A DNA stretch of 32,633 bases. Origin: a virus (lineage: Duplodnaviria; Caudoviricetes). A model generated the notes under the pieces. That model had not been told where the DNA came from. It was given only the letters and a program-made list of their open reading frames with translations, and did not search any database. Position 1 is the stretch's first letter. Each line of letters opens with the position of its first letter. The DNA is taken from IMG/VR virus record IMGVR_UViG_3300016665_000118, positions 1-32,633 of that record; one strand, given 5' to 3'. This document shows, one piece after another, positions 25,295 through 32,633 of the stretch. Position numbers and translations under genes: made by a program.

Positions 25295-26248
25295 ATGGAC
25301 GTGCTGACATCTACAGTAGACGGAATCAAGAGCGATAGGCTCGGTTATGTCAAAGGTTATCTTGTGCGCTTTGGTGATACCAAGGCAACCGACCTTGAGG
25401 GTGACTACTTCACCAAGGCAACCGACTACGGCTTCCCGCTCGAAGAGGGTAAGCGTGTCCCGCTCAACGTTTACTATCATCACGGCATGGATCAGATGGT
25501 AGGCAAGAAGTCTATCGGTACAGGCTACATCAAGATGACCGATGAGGGACTCTGGTACGAGGCTCAGTTAGACTTGGCTGATGAATACGGCAAGATGGTT
25601 GCGAAGCTCTGCAAGCAAGGCAAGATGGGCTTTTCATCTGGTGCTGCCGCTCATATGGTTGAGCGCAAAAGCATGGGTGGTGCATCCGAAATCATCCGCT
25701 GGCCTATCGCAGAGGCATCGATTACCCCGACCCCTGCTGAGTTCCGTAACAGCGTAAAAAGCCTTGAGGAGTATTACGGCATGGGCGAAATGGATGACAT
25801 GGAAGAAGAGATGATGCCTGAGCCAATGCCAGAGCAATCCCCTGAAGAATACGCCGCAGAACTGTTCAAGTTGGCGGAGGCTGACCTAATCCATGAAGGC
25901 ATGGAAGCGTATTACGAAGCCATGTCCGAAGGTATCGGGATGGTTGCAGATGCCAGCATGGCAGAAGCAATCATCAATGAGTTTGCTAACCGTGCAAAGC
26001 AGCTATACGCCATGCACGGTGCTAAGTGTATCCAGCCCGCATCTCTGCGGGGTGTAGAGCGTCGGCTGCGGGATGCAGTCGGTCTATCACGGTCAAGCGC
26101 AAAGCGTTTGGCTCCAGTAGTCTGGGAATCTCTGCGGGATGCAGACCAGCCTGATGAGCAGCCGTCCATCGTAGTCGAGGCGAAAGCCCATGATGATGAC
26201 GAGCGGGCAGAACTGCTTGCACGTCTGGAGTTGCTAACACAACTATGA
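25295..26248 (+). CDS. Prohead protease with acidic scaffold-like C-terminus
   Basis: VKGYLVRF..DLEGD, YYHH, GFSSG, EASITPTPA. Confidence 0.85.
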   Translation: MDVLTSTVDGIKSDRLGYVKGYLVRFGDTKATDLEGDYFTKATDYGFPLEEGKRVPLNVYYHHGMDQMVGKKSIGTGYIKMTDEGLWYEAQLDLADEYGKMVAKLCKQGKMGFSSGAAAHMVERKSMGGASEIIRWPIAEASITPTPAEFRNSVKSLEEYYGMGEMDDMEEEMMPEPMPEQSPEEYAAELFKLAEADLIHEGMEAYYEAMSEGIGMVADASMAEAIINEFANRAKQLYAMHGAKCIQPASLRGVERRLRDAVGLSRSSAKRLAPVVWESLRDADQPDEQPSIVVEAKAHDDDERAELLARLELLTQL

Positions 26249-27543
26249 ATATCGAAACATTGACAGCCAAGCGAGAAGGCATCCTTGCCACAGCTCGTGA
26301 GTTGGCATCCGGAAATGGTGACCTTACACAGGTCAAGTCGCTTATGGCAGAAGCCAAAGACATCGAAGAGCGCATTGAGACCATCAAGTCCCTCGGCGTA
26401 ACCGCTCCTGTCGTTACACCTGCGGTAGATGCAAAACCATGGAAGGGCGGCATCAACGTACAGCGCAACCCATTCCAGGGTGATGCTGATGAGCGTAACC
26501 TCAAGGCGTACACCTTTGGACAGTTTGCACGTCACTTGGCTGGTGTCAAGTCTGCTACAAAGTGGCTCCAGAACAACGGCCACCTGAAGTCACAGACCGA
26601 AGGTACGGACAGTGCTGGTGGTTACACGGTTCCAAACATCGTTTCATCGGATCTCATCTGGCTCCGTGAAATGTACGGTGTTGCTCGCCGCAACAGTCGC
26701 ATCTACCCGATGTCCTCGGACACGCTCTTGGTTCCTTCCGCTACTGCATCCACAACCGTGTACTATGCATCGGAAGCAACAGCAATCACGGCATCCGACA
26801 TCACCTTTGGTCAGGTATCGCTCGCAGCTAAGAAGCTTGCAGTCCTCACGATTGCATCCAAAGAACTTGGCGAAGATACGGTCATTGACCTCGGTGCTGC
26901 TCTTGCCCGTGACATGGCATATGCCATTGCTAAGGAAGAGGACAACGCTGCATTCAATGGTGATGGAACAAGCACCTACGGAAGCATCACGGGTATCCTT
27001 CAGGCTGTCTACGGCTTGAACGCCACAAAGGCTAACATCGCTGGTGTTGTTGTTGGTGCTAACCTCTCCGGTGCTGCATTCTCCAACTTCACGCTGCAGA
27101 ACTTTCAGAGCTGTGTCGCAAAGCTTCCAACCTACGCAGACAATGCTAAGTGGTATATGCACAAAGACCTGTTCTTCAACGGCGTTGCAGACAAGTTGAT
27201 TGCACTCGGTGGAAACGCTATCCTCGACATTCAGAACGCATACACCTCTGCGCCTACGCTCTTTGGTTATCCAATCGAGTGGGTTCAGAATATGCCTAAG
27301 ACACCTGCTGCAACCACTCCTGTGGCTGTCCTTGGTGACCTCAGCAAGGGTGTTGCATTCGGTGACCGCCGAAGCATGACCATTGAGGTTAGCGACCAAG
27401 TCAAGTTCGTTGAGGACGCTTTGACATACAAGGCTACTGAGCGTTTCGCATTCAACGCACACGACGTTGGAAACGTATCCGGTACGGCTTCTGCCCGTGT
27501 CCCTGGTTCGCTCATCGTTCTCGCAACCGGCACAGCTTCCTAA
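26245..27543 (+). CDS. HK97-fold major capsid protein
   Basis: N-terminal coiled-coil delta domain, AGGYTVP, DNAAFNGDG, TLFGYP, VLGDLS. Confidence 0.93.
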   Translation: MNIETLTAKREGILATARELASGNGDLTQVKSLMAEAKDIEERIETIKSLGVTAPVVTPAVDAKPWKGGINVQRNPFQGDADERNLKAYTFGQFARHLAGVKSATKWLQNNGHLKSQTEGTDSAGGYTVPNIVSSDLIWLREMYGVARRNSRIYPMSSDTLLVPSATASTTVYYASEATAITASDITFGQVSLAAKKLAVLTIASKELGEDTVIDLGAALARDMAYAIAKEEDNAAFNGDGTSTYGSITGILQAVYGLNATKANIAGVVVGANLSGAAFSNFTLQNFQSCVAKLPTYADNAKWYMHKDLFFNGVADKLIALGGNAILDIQNAYTSAPTLFGYPIEWVQNMPKTPAATTPVAVLGDLSKGVAFGDRRSMTIEVSDQVKFVEDALTYKATERFAFNAHDVGNVSGTASARVPGSLIVLATGTAS

Positions 27544-27562
27544 GCGTAGCCGCAACTCAATC

Positions 27563-27598
27563 AAGCCCTCGGCAGACGTGCCGGGGGCTTTTGTTTTT
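27563..27598 (+). terminator. Intrinsic terminator after the capsid gene
   Basis: AAGCCCTCGGCA-GACG-TGCCGGGGGCTT-TTGTTTTT. Confidence 0.85.
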
Positions 27599-27615
27599 AC
27601 TGCGTGGAATTGCCG

Positions 27616-27626
27616 TGTGGGATACT
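27616..27626 (+). promoter_or_regulatory. Late promoter motif TGTGGGATACT (neck operon, leaderless)
   Basis: Exact 11-mer, 6 nt before ATG 27633. Confidence 0.7.
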
Positions 27627-27632
27627 AACCGC

Positions 27633-28130
27633 ATGATGACCAGAGCCGAGGCAATCGCACAAGTATCCTTATTTGTGGCTGCTCAAAGTTACCCGCAGAT
27701 GTCAACTACAGACATCGGCTCCATCTTGGATTCCTTTTCACGCTTCACCACGTGGACAGCAGCGACCACTTACGCTGTCGGTGACCGTGTAGTGCCTACA
27801 ACGCCTAACGGTAGGGTATACGAGTGCAGGGTTGCTGGTACGTCTGGTGCTTCCGAGCCTGAGTTCCCTGCCTATCCTCCATATCAATACAAAGGCTGGG
27901 AGATTGATGACGGCTCATCGGATCCTACGCTTACATGGGTAGACCAAGGGCCAATCAATGTCGAACGCTACGATGTTAGGACAGCAACCCGGCAGGCATG
28001 GCTTATCAAAGCATCCAGAGTAGCGGCAGACATCGATGCCAAGGAAGGCAACAGCGATGTCAAGCTCTCGCAACTTATGCAGCACTGCTTGACCATGGCT
28101 GACAGATACAGACCGGTGGCTTTCGCATGA
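27633..28130 (+). CDS. Head-tail adaptor with an inserted CBM5/12-like module
   Basis: First gene after the capsid; helical ends flank WTAATTYAVGDRV..GRVYEC..GTSG..EP. Confidence 0.6.
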   Translation: MMTRAEAIAQVSLFVAAQSYPQMSTTDIGSILDSFSRFTTWTAATTYAVGDRVVPTTPNGRVYECRVAGTSGASEPEFPAYPPYQYKGWEIDDGSSDPTLTWVDQGPINVERYDVRTATRQAWLIKASRVAADIDAKEGNSDVKLSQLMQHCLTMADRYRPVAFA

Positions 28131-28492
28131 GCCCCATCCTTCGCCAAACAATACAGGCAGGCATGGTGCGTAACCTTTGCCAAGACCGTGTAGAGATTCA
28201 CCGCTTCACGCTTACCGAGGATGGGCGTGGTGGTGCTACTGAGACATGGCGCAAGGTAGCAGAGTACAACGCCCGTGTGACCAACCAATCAGACACGGAA
28301 TCAATCGTTGGTGGAGCGATAGCACCATCAGCGCAATGGACACTTATAGTGGCCGTTGCAGCTGATGTTATGCCACAAGACCGGGTGTATCTGATAGGTG
28401 ATGATTCCCGCTACTGGGATGTTATCGGTACAGACTTTGGGCAGACAGAATTATTGGTACAGCACTGTGGACTAGTGGAGCGGACATCATGA
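28127..28492 (+). CDS. Head closure protein (SPP1 gp16-like)
   Basis: DRVEIHR..EDGRGG..ETW, DVMPQDRV; position in the neck module. Confidence 0.75.
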   Translation: MSPILRQTIQAGMVRNLCQDRVEIHRFTLTEDGRGGATETWRKVAEYNARVTNQSDTESIVGGAIAPSAQWTLIVAVAADVMPQDRVYLIGDDSRYWDVIGTDFGQTELLVQHCGLVERTS

Positions 28493-28698
28493 GCGAGTGG
28501 GTACAAGTAGGCGTGGCAATCGCTGTGCCGGTGGTTGCGGCGATTGCAGGCCTCTACAAGATGCTCTGGGATATCAAATCAGATATACGCATCTTGGTGC
28601 ATGATGCGAAGCAGACAGAGCGTGACCTACTCGGAATCAAGCGGCAACTGGAAAACATCAATCAAAGAGTAACAGCACTGGAGGCACGTAGAGCATGA
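28489..28698 (+). CDS. Small TM plus coiled-coil protein (holin-like or lysis accessory)
   Basis: One N-terminal hydrophobic helix, then RVTALE coiled coil. Confidence 0.5.
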   Translation: MSEWVQVGVAIAVPVVAAIAGLYKMLWDIKSDIRILVHDAKQTERDLLGIKRQLENINQRVTALEARRA

Positions 28699-28946
28699 GC
28701 GGAATATCTTTTGGACGGTTGGCGGTTGTTGTCTTGATCGCCTTTGTGGCTTCCTTTGCAACCGTGTTCGGTGATGGTGTTCGCACGGCTGAAGCCAAGG
28801 ATGTTGCCGAGCTTGGAGCGGTGATGGCACTGTACGGGTCGAAGGCTGTTGCGGCTGGTCTCTCTGCTGCGATGAGTGCCGCATTGGGATTTCTGACGAT
28901 CCCTTTCAAAGGTGTGCAGGCGAACAGCCTGAAGGTGGGCAAATGA
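28695..28946 (+). CDS. Holin-like membrane protein
   Basis: Two hydrophobic helices and a basic C-terminus. Confidence 0.5.
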   Translation: MSGISFGRLAVVVLIAFVASFATVFGDGVRTAEAKDVAELGAVMALYGSKAVAAGLSAAMSAALGFLTIPFKGVQANSLKVGK

Positions 28947-29170
28947 ACCTCCAAAATTTTAGGATTGAGAAGGAACCTGCACCTTCTACAGACTGGCGTG
29001 TCTTTGGTGACATCGAGGATGACAACGGGAATATCCTTGGCACGTTTGGGCAGGATGGAACGAGCGTCAATATCTGGTGGGTTCAGCAGGATGAGCAGTT
29101 TCAGTATGGGATTGTGCAACAGTTTGCGGTGATTATGGCACAGCAGATAGTAGCGGGGACAGCTGAATAA
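28943..29170 (+). CDS. Hypothetical protein
   Basis: Coupled ORF within the structural operon. Confidence 0.65.
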   Translation: MNLQNFRIEKEPAPSTDWRVFGDIEDDNGNILGTFGQDGTSVNIWWVQQDEQFQYGIVQQFAVIMAQQIVAGTAE

Positions 29171-31248
29171 TGGCTACTTATTATGTTAGAACTGATGGAA
29201 GTGACAGCAATGCTGGAACAGGTCCTGCAACGAATCAGGCGTGGCAGACAATAACAAAGGCAGTAGGTGCAACGGGAATAGGTGTAGGTGACACACTTTA
29301 CATTGCTCCTGGTGTATATCGTGGCAACTTTACAGCTGCATTTTCTAACCCAGCGAATGAGTCACAACGAGTTAGTATTCTAGGAAATCCAACAGCGTCA
29401 CAATTTAGTGGTGTAAATGCTGGTGCAGTTATCCTGACAAATTACACGAGTAATACAACATCAAATACTGGTACTGTTTTGATTTGTAATAAAGACTTTA
29501 CAACAATCAGTGACATTTCTTTTTGTAACTTCCAGCCGGGTGCGCCTCCATACTATATGTGTTTAGAGGCACAAAATAACTCGCTGATTCTTGAGCGGTG
29601 TTTATTTTGGCAAGCTTCATCAAACTTGACAAAATATGTCACGAGTTTGATTGTTCCTCCGGGAGGTATTGGCCCAACAGTTAGGAGATGCGTTTTTATA
29701 AATGGCCCATTGGCAGTCTCAGCAGCGACTCATACTGGTGCATGGAATAGCCAGACTCGTTTACAGGATTGTTTAGTTTTAAATAACAACTCAAATACTA
29801 TAAACTCGAACGATGGAATAAATTTATATTCAGCAACTTCTGGTCAATTTGGTGGAATACAAATAACAAACTGTACGGTATCTGCAGCCAATGGTATACA
29901 CGTCATTTCAAGCTCAAACTCATTATCTACTGCTTTTCCATCCTATATTCAAAACTGCTACATTGAAGCAAACTTAATCGGCATAAAATCAGACCCAACC
30001 TCAACGAGCACTTTGTTCCAAACGTACAACATCATCAATGCGCCGACATCTGTGCAGAATGTTTCTAACAGTGGGACAACTGTAACCAATGCTCTTAACC
30101 CAATAAACGCAGGAATAAGTAAGATTCAAGGCTGGGGAGATTATCCTTTTGCTAGTCCATTGTCTACTATTCAGTCGGCTATAAATGCTGGTATCAACAC
30201 ATACAGTCCAGCGGCTGATATGTTTGGTACAACGTGGCTTACTCCATCGACTCCAACGATTGGAGCAGTAGAGTTTCAAAGTTACACGCCTACAGGTACG
30301 TATCTCCCGACCGAGCGCAACGCCAGCACAATCACAATCGCTCCCGGCTCAACGTCACAATCCATTGAACTGTATCTTGGTGCAACAGGCCTCACAGCCT
30401 CCACGTCAGGTCTCTCAGCTCGCTACAACCGCACACGCACAGCCTCTGTATCTATCCCGCTGGTAGCCCGTACAATCGCACAGGCGTGGACTTCTGGTGG
30501 CTTTGCTGAGGTAGACGCTACCAATATGCCGGGGATTTATAGGCTAGACGTACCCGATGCTGCACTGGCTGTAGGTGCTGACGATGTCACTGTTGTGGTG
30601 CGTGGTGCATCTGGTACTAACGGTGCGGTGATGACGGTGAAGCTAAGCAGTGGTGGCTTGACGGAAGCACAAACGGCCTCGGCGGTCTGGGGTGCAAGCC
30701 CTGGTCCATATACCGATGCGACAACAATGGGTGGTGTTGTTAATCAGACAGATACACTGGCTAACGACATCGATACTAACGTGAATCAAATACCAATCCT
30801 TGTATGGGATGAGTTGAGATCAAGCCACACGACGGCAGGGACATTCGGGCAGTACGTCAATGCCGAACTGGTTACCCCGGTAACATCTGCCGCTCTGGTA
30901 CGCATGGGGCCTTATGAGGTCAAGGCTGATGGGCTTGGTGCATCGGATCCGCTTGACATCCAGAAGGGCGCACAGCATGGCGTAGATATCCAGTGTGTAG
31001 ATGGCAACGGCAATGGCATTGACATCACAAGCGCAACGGTAACCGCTAAGGTTTACAACTCTGGTGGTTCTCTGGTTGATACTTACTCTTGTACGGCAAC
31101 CTATGCAGCTGATGGACGGGCAATGTTTACCATTGACACGACGGTAACGAATACTGCTGGAACCTATACGGCAACAATTACACGCACAACGGGTGCAAAC
31201 GATACGCAGGTCTTTGGCCCACTCCGCATCTATGTGAGGGATATCTAA
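29170..31248 (+). CDS. Virion appendage protein with an N-terminal pectin-lyase-like beta-helix
   Basis: TYYVRTDGSDSNAGT...AWQTITKA...GDTLYIAPGVY beta-helix cap; Asn-rich repeats; BppU-like C-terminal domain. Confidence 0.65.
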   Translation: MATYYVRTDGSDSNAGTGPATNQAWQTITKAVGATGIGVGDTLYIAPGVYRGNFTAAFSNPANESQRVSILGNPTASQFSGVNAGAVILTNYTSNTTSNTGTVLICNKDFTTISDISFCNFQPGAPPYYMCLEAQNNSLILERCLFWQASSNLTKYVTSLIVPPGGIGPTVRRCVFINGPLAVSAATHTGAWNSQTRLQDCLVLNNNSNTINSNDGINLYSATSGQFGGIQITNCTVSAANGIHVISSSNSLSTAFPSYIQNCYIEANLIGIKSDPTSTSTLFQTYNIINAPTSVQNVSNSGTTVTNALNPINAGISKIQGWGDYPFASPLSTIQSAINAGINTYSPAADMFGTTWLTPSTPTIGAVEFQSYTPTGTYLPTERNASTITIAPGSTSQSIELYLGATGLTASTSGLSARYNRTRTASVSIPLVARTIAQAWTSGGFAEVDATNMPGIYRLDVPDAALAVGADDVTVVVRGASGTNGAVMTVKLSSGGLTEAQTASAVWGASPGPYTDATTMGGVVNQTDTLANDIDTNVNQIPILVWDELRSSHTTAGTFGQYVNAELVTPVTSAALVRMGPYEVKADGLGASDPLDIQKGAQHGVDIQCVDGNGNGIDITSATVTAKVYNSGGSLVDTYSCTATYAADGRAMFTIDTTVTNTAGTYTATITRTTGANDTQVFGPLRIYVRDI

Positions 31249-31601
31249 TGGCAATAATCTTTGAGCTTACGGAAGACCCTCAGCAGGTCGTGCAGGTCTC
31301 CGCATGGGTCGGAGACTGGCACTCCTACGTAATACGCCTTGTAGACGAGCTTGGAAGCCCTGTGGATATTACCACGGGTACTCTTGGTGCTACCTTCACC
31401 GACATTGCTACCGGAGCGGCTTATTCGTTCGGTGGTGGCTCGGTGACACTAACCAAGCAGTACAGCGCACAAGGCATCCTGAGCATTCTAAACCCTGCTG
31501 CATATCCTACAGCCGCTAACATCAGGGTAACGATATCGTTCACGGTTGGCTCGGATGTGAGACGATTCGGGCCACTTGAAATCGAGGTATTGGCTCCGTG
31601 A
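31248..31601 (+). CDS. Small structural protein (BppU-like Ig fold)
   Basis: VIRLVDELGSPVDIT...FGPL resembles the C-terminal domain of the preceding gene (IQCVDGNGNGIDIT...FGPL). Confidence 0.5.
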   Translation: MAIIFELTEDPQQVVQVSAWVGDWHSYVIRLVDELGSPVDITTGTLGATFTDIATGAAYSFGGGSVTLTKQYSAQGILSILNPAAYPTAANIRVTISFTVGSDVRRFGPLEIEVLAP

Positions 31602-32008
31602 GTACACAAGTAAGTTTGAAAACTGTTTCCATTGACCATTACATAAACAATCTAGACAAGGTCACTAAGATTGTCGGTAAAGCTGCGGCAGATGTTGAAG
31701 CCAACGCAAAGAACAGTATTACCAAAAGTGGTGGACGCTATCGCAAGTACGGTAACCACTGGTCAAGCCGTCCCGGCAAAGCACCAAACAACGATACTGG
31801 AAACCTTGCAGGAAGCATCATGCATCAGATGAAGTCCAGAACTTCAGCTGTTGTTTATGTTGTTGCAAAGTATGCCGTACCTCTAGAGTTTGGTTGGACA
31901 AGCAATGGCGGTAATACAGTGCCACCAAGACCGTTCCTGAACCCAGCATTGGAGAAGGTCAAACCAGCATTTGTCAAAGCACTTACAAAAGTACTAAAGG
32001 GTAAATAA
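31598..32008 (+). CDS. HK97 gp10-like tail completion protein
   Basis: DTGNLAGSI, YAVPLEFG, PRPFLNPA. Confidence 0.85.
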   Translation: MSTQVSLKTVSIDHYINNLDKVTKIVGKAAADVEANAKNSITKSGGRYRKYGNHWSSRPGKAPNNDTGNLAGSIMHQMKSRTSAVVYVVAKYAVPLEFGWTSNGGNTVPPRPFLNPALEKVKPAFVKALTKVLKGK

Positions 32009-32487
32009 TGGCATACGAACCAGCCGTCATAGAGCAATGGATTTACGAGACCCTAAGCGGTGATGCTACGCTTTCTGGTCTGCTTGCCGTTGATAACAAA
32101 CCTGATGGTTATCAGATGGGCATCTATAACACCGTTGCTCCTCAACTCGACCCGATCAGCAGGAAGCCTGTACAAGTGCCTTACGTGGTGTTCAGTCGTG
32201 ATGGTTCAGGCAGTGATGATGAAGACACGCTATGCGGTGGCAGGGCTTTCACGTACCCAAACTATAGAATCACGGTGTGGGATACTGAAAGTGGTGCGAT
32301 AAGCATGAGCAGGATACAAACTATCATGTCTCGCATAGACACACTTTTGGATAATCAAACGGTAACCAGTACAACTCCAAGGCTATATGTACGACGGGTT
32401 TCAACGGATCAAACCTTTGCTTTATCTGATGGTGGTCGGACGGATTACGGGGTGACAGCGGTCTATCGCTGCCTCACACAGCAGTAG
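32008..32487 (+). CDS. Tail terminator protein
   Basis: IYETLSGDATL, PYVVFS, ITVW; precedes the major tail protein. Confidence 0.75.
   Translation: MAYEPAVIEQWIYETLSGDATLSGLLAVDNKPDGYQMGIYNTVAPQLDPISRKPVQVPYVVFSRDGSGSDDEDTLCGGRAFTYPNYRITVWDTESGAISMSRIQTIMSRIDTLLDNQTVTSTTPRLYVRRVSTDQTFALSDGGRTDYGVTAVYRCLTQQ
32276..32286 (+). promoter_or_regulatory. Late promoter motif TGTGGGATACT (intragenic, about 210 nt before the major tail gene)
   Basis: Fourth exact copy, on the same strand. Confidence 0.5.
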
Positions 32488-32496
32488 GAGTAGACA

Positions 32497-32633
32497 ATGG
32501 CATTTACAAAATCGTTCGGTCTGGTCGGTGAGAACTGTACCGTGACCATTGCATTCGGTGGTTTCCAAGATGGTGCGCCATCGGCATTTACCGCTAACAC
32601 CTATACTTGTTTGGCTCGTTCGGTGCGTACATC
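32497..32633 (+). CDS. Major tail protein, 5' part (joins 1-316)
   Basis: AGGAG RBS, ATG 32497, open to the window end and in frame with the window start. Confidence 0.85.
   Translation, partial: MAFTKSFGLVGENCTVTIAFGGFQDGAPSAFTANTYTCLARSVRT

Noticed and set aside
1-32633. Diversity-generating retroelement, intron/intein, tRNA or stop-codon reassignment
   Set aside because: No reverse transcriptase, template/variable repeat pair, interrupted gene or cloverleaf was seen by eye, and genes are intact in the standard code. tRNAscan and Infernal were not run.

Overview
The window is an apparently complete, circularly permuted 32.6 kb genome of a siphovirus-like tailed phage. The major tail protein ORF runs in frame across the 32633/1 junction. 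Modules: tail (1-7595), CHAP endolysin, a leftward recombination operon (Erf, Gam-like), an Xre HTH regulator, a DNA methyltransferase, a sigma70-family factor, VRR-NUC, primase/helicase/SSB, ThyX, dUTPase, terminase, an HK97-type head and neck/tail completion genes. I saw no integrase, tRNA or CRISPR array, and the host cannot be assigned. The most unusual signals are: (1) a candidate minus-strand small RNA (7667-7596) whose loops are complementary to an extended GGGAGATAAG ribosome-binding motif shared by the early genes; (2) a candidate -1 frameshift fusing the portal to the MuF head protein; (3) about five Tad2/DUF2829-like paralogs, one fused to an HTH; (4) a four-copy late promoter TGTGGGATACT that predicts leaderless mRNAs; and (5) a shared 19-bp operator on early and moron promoters. 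All family assignments come from motif recognition by eye, not from database searches.
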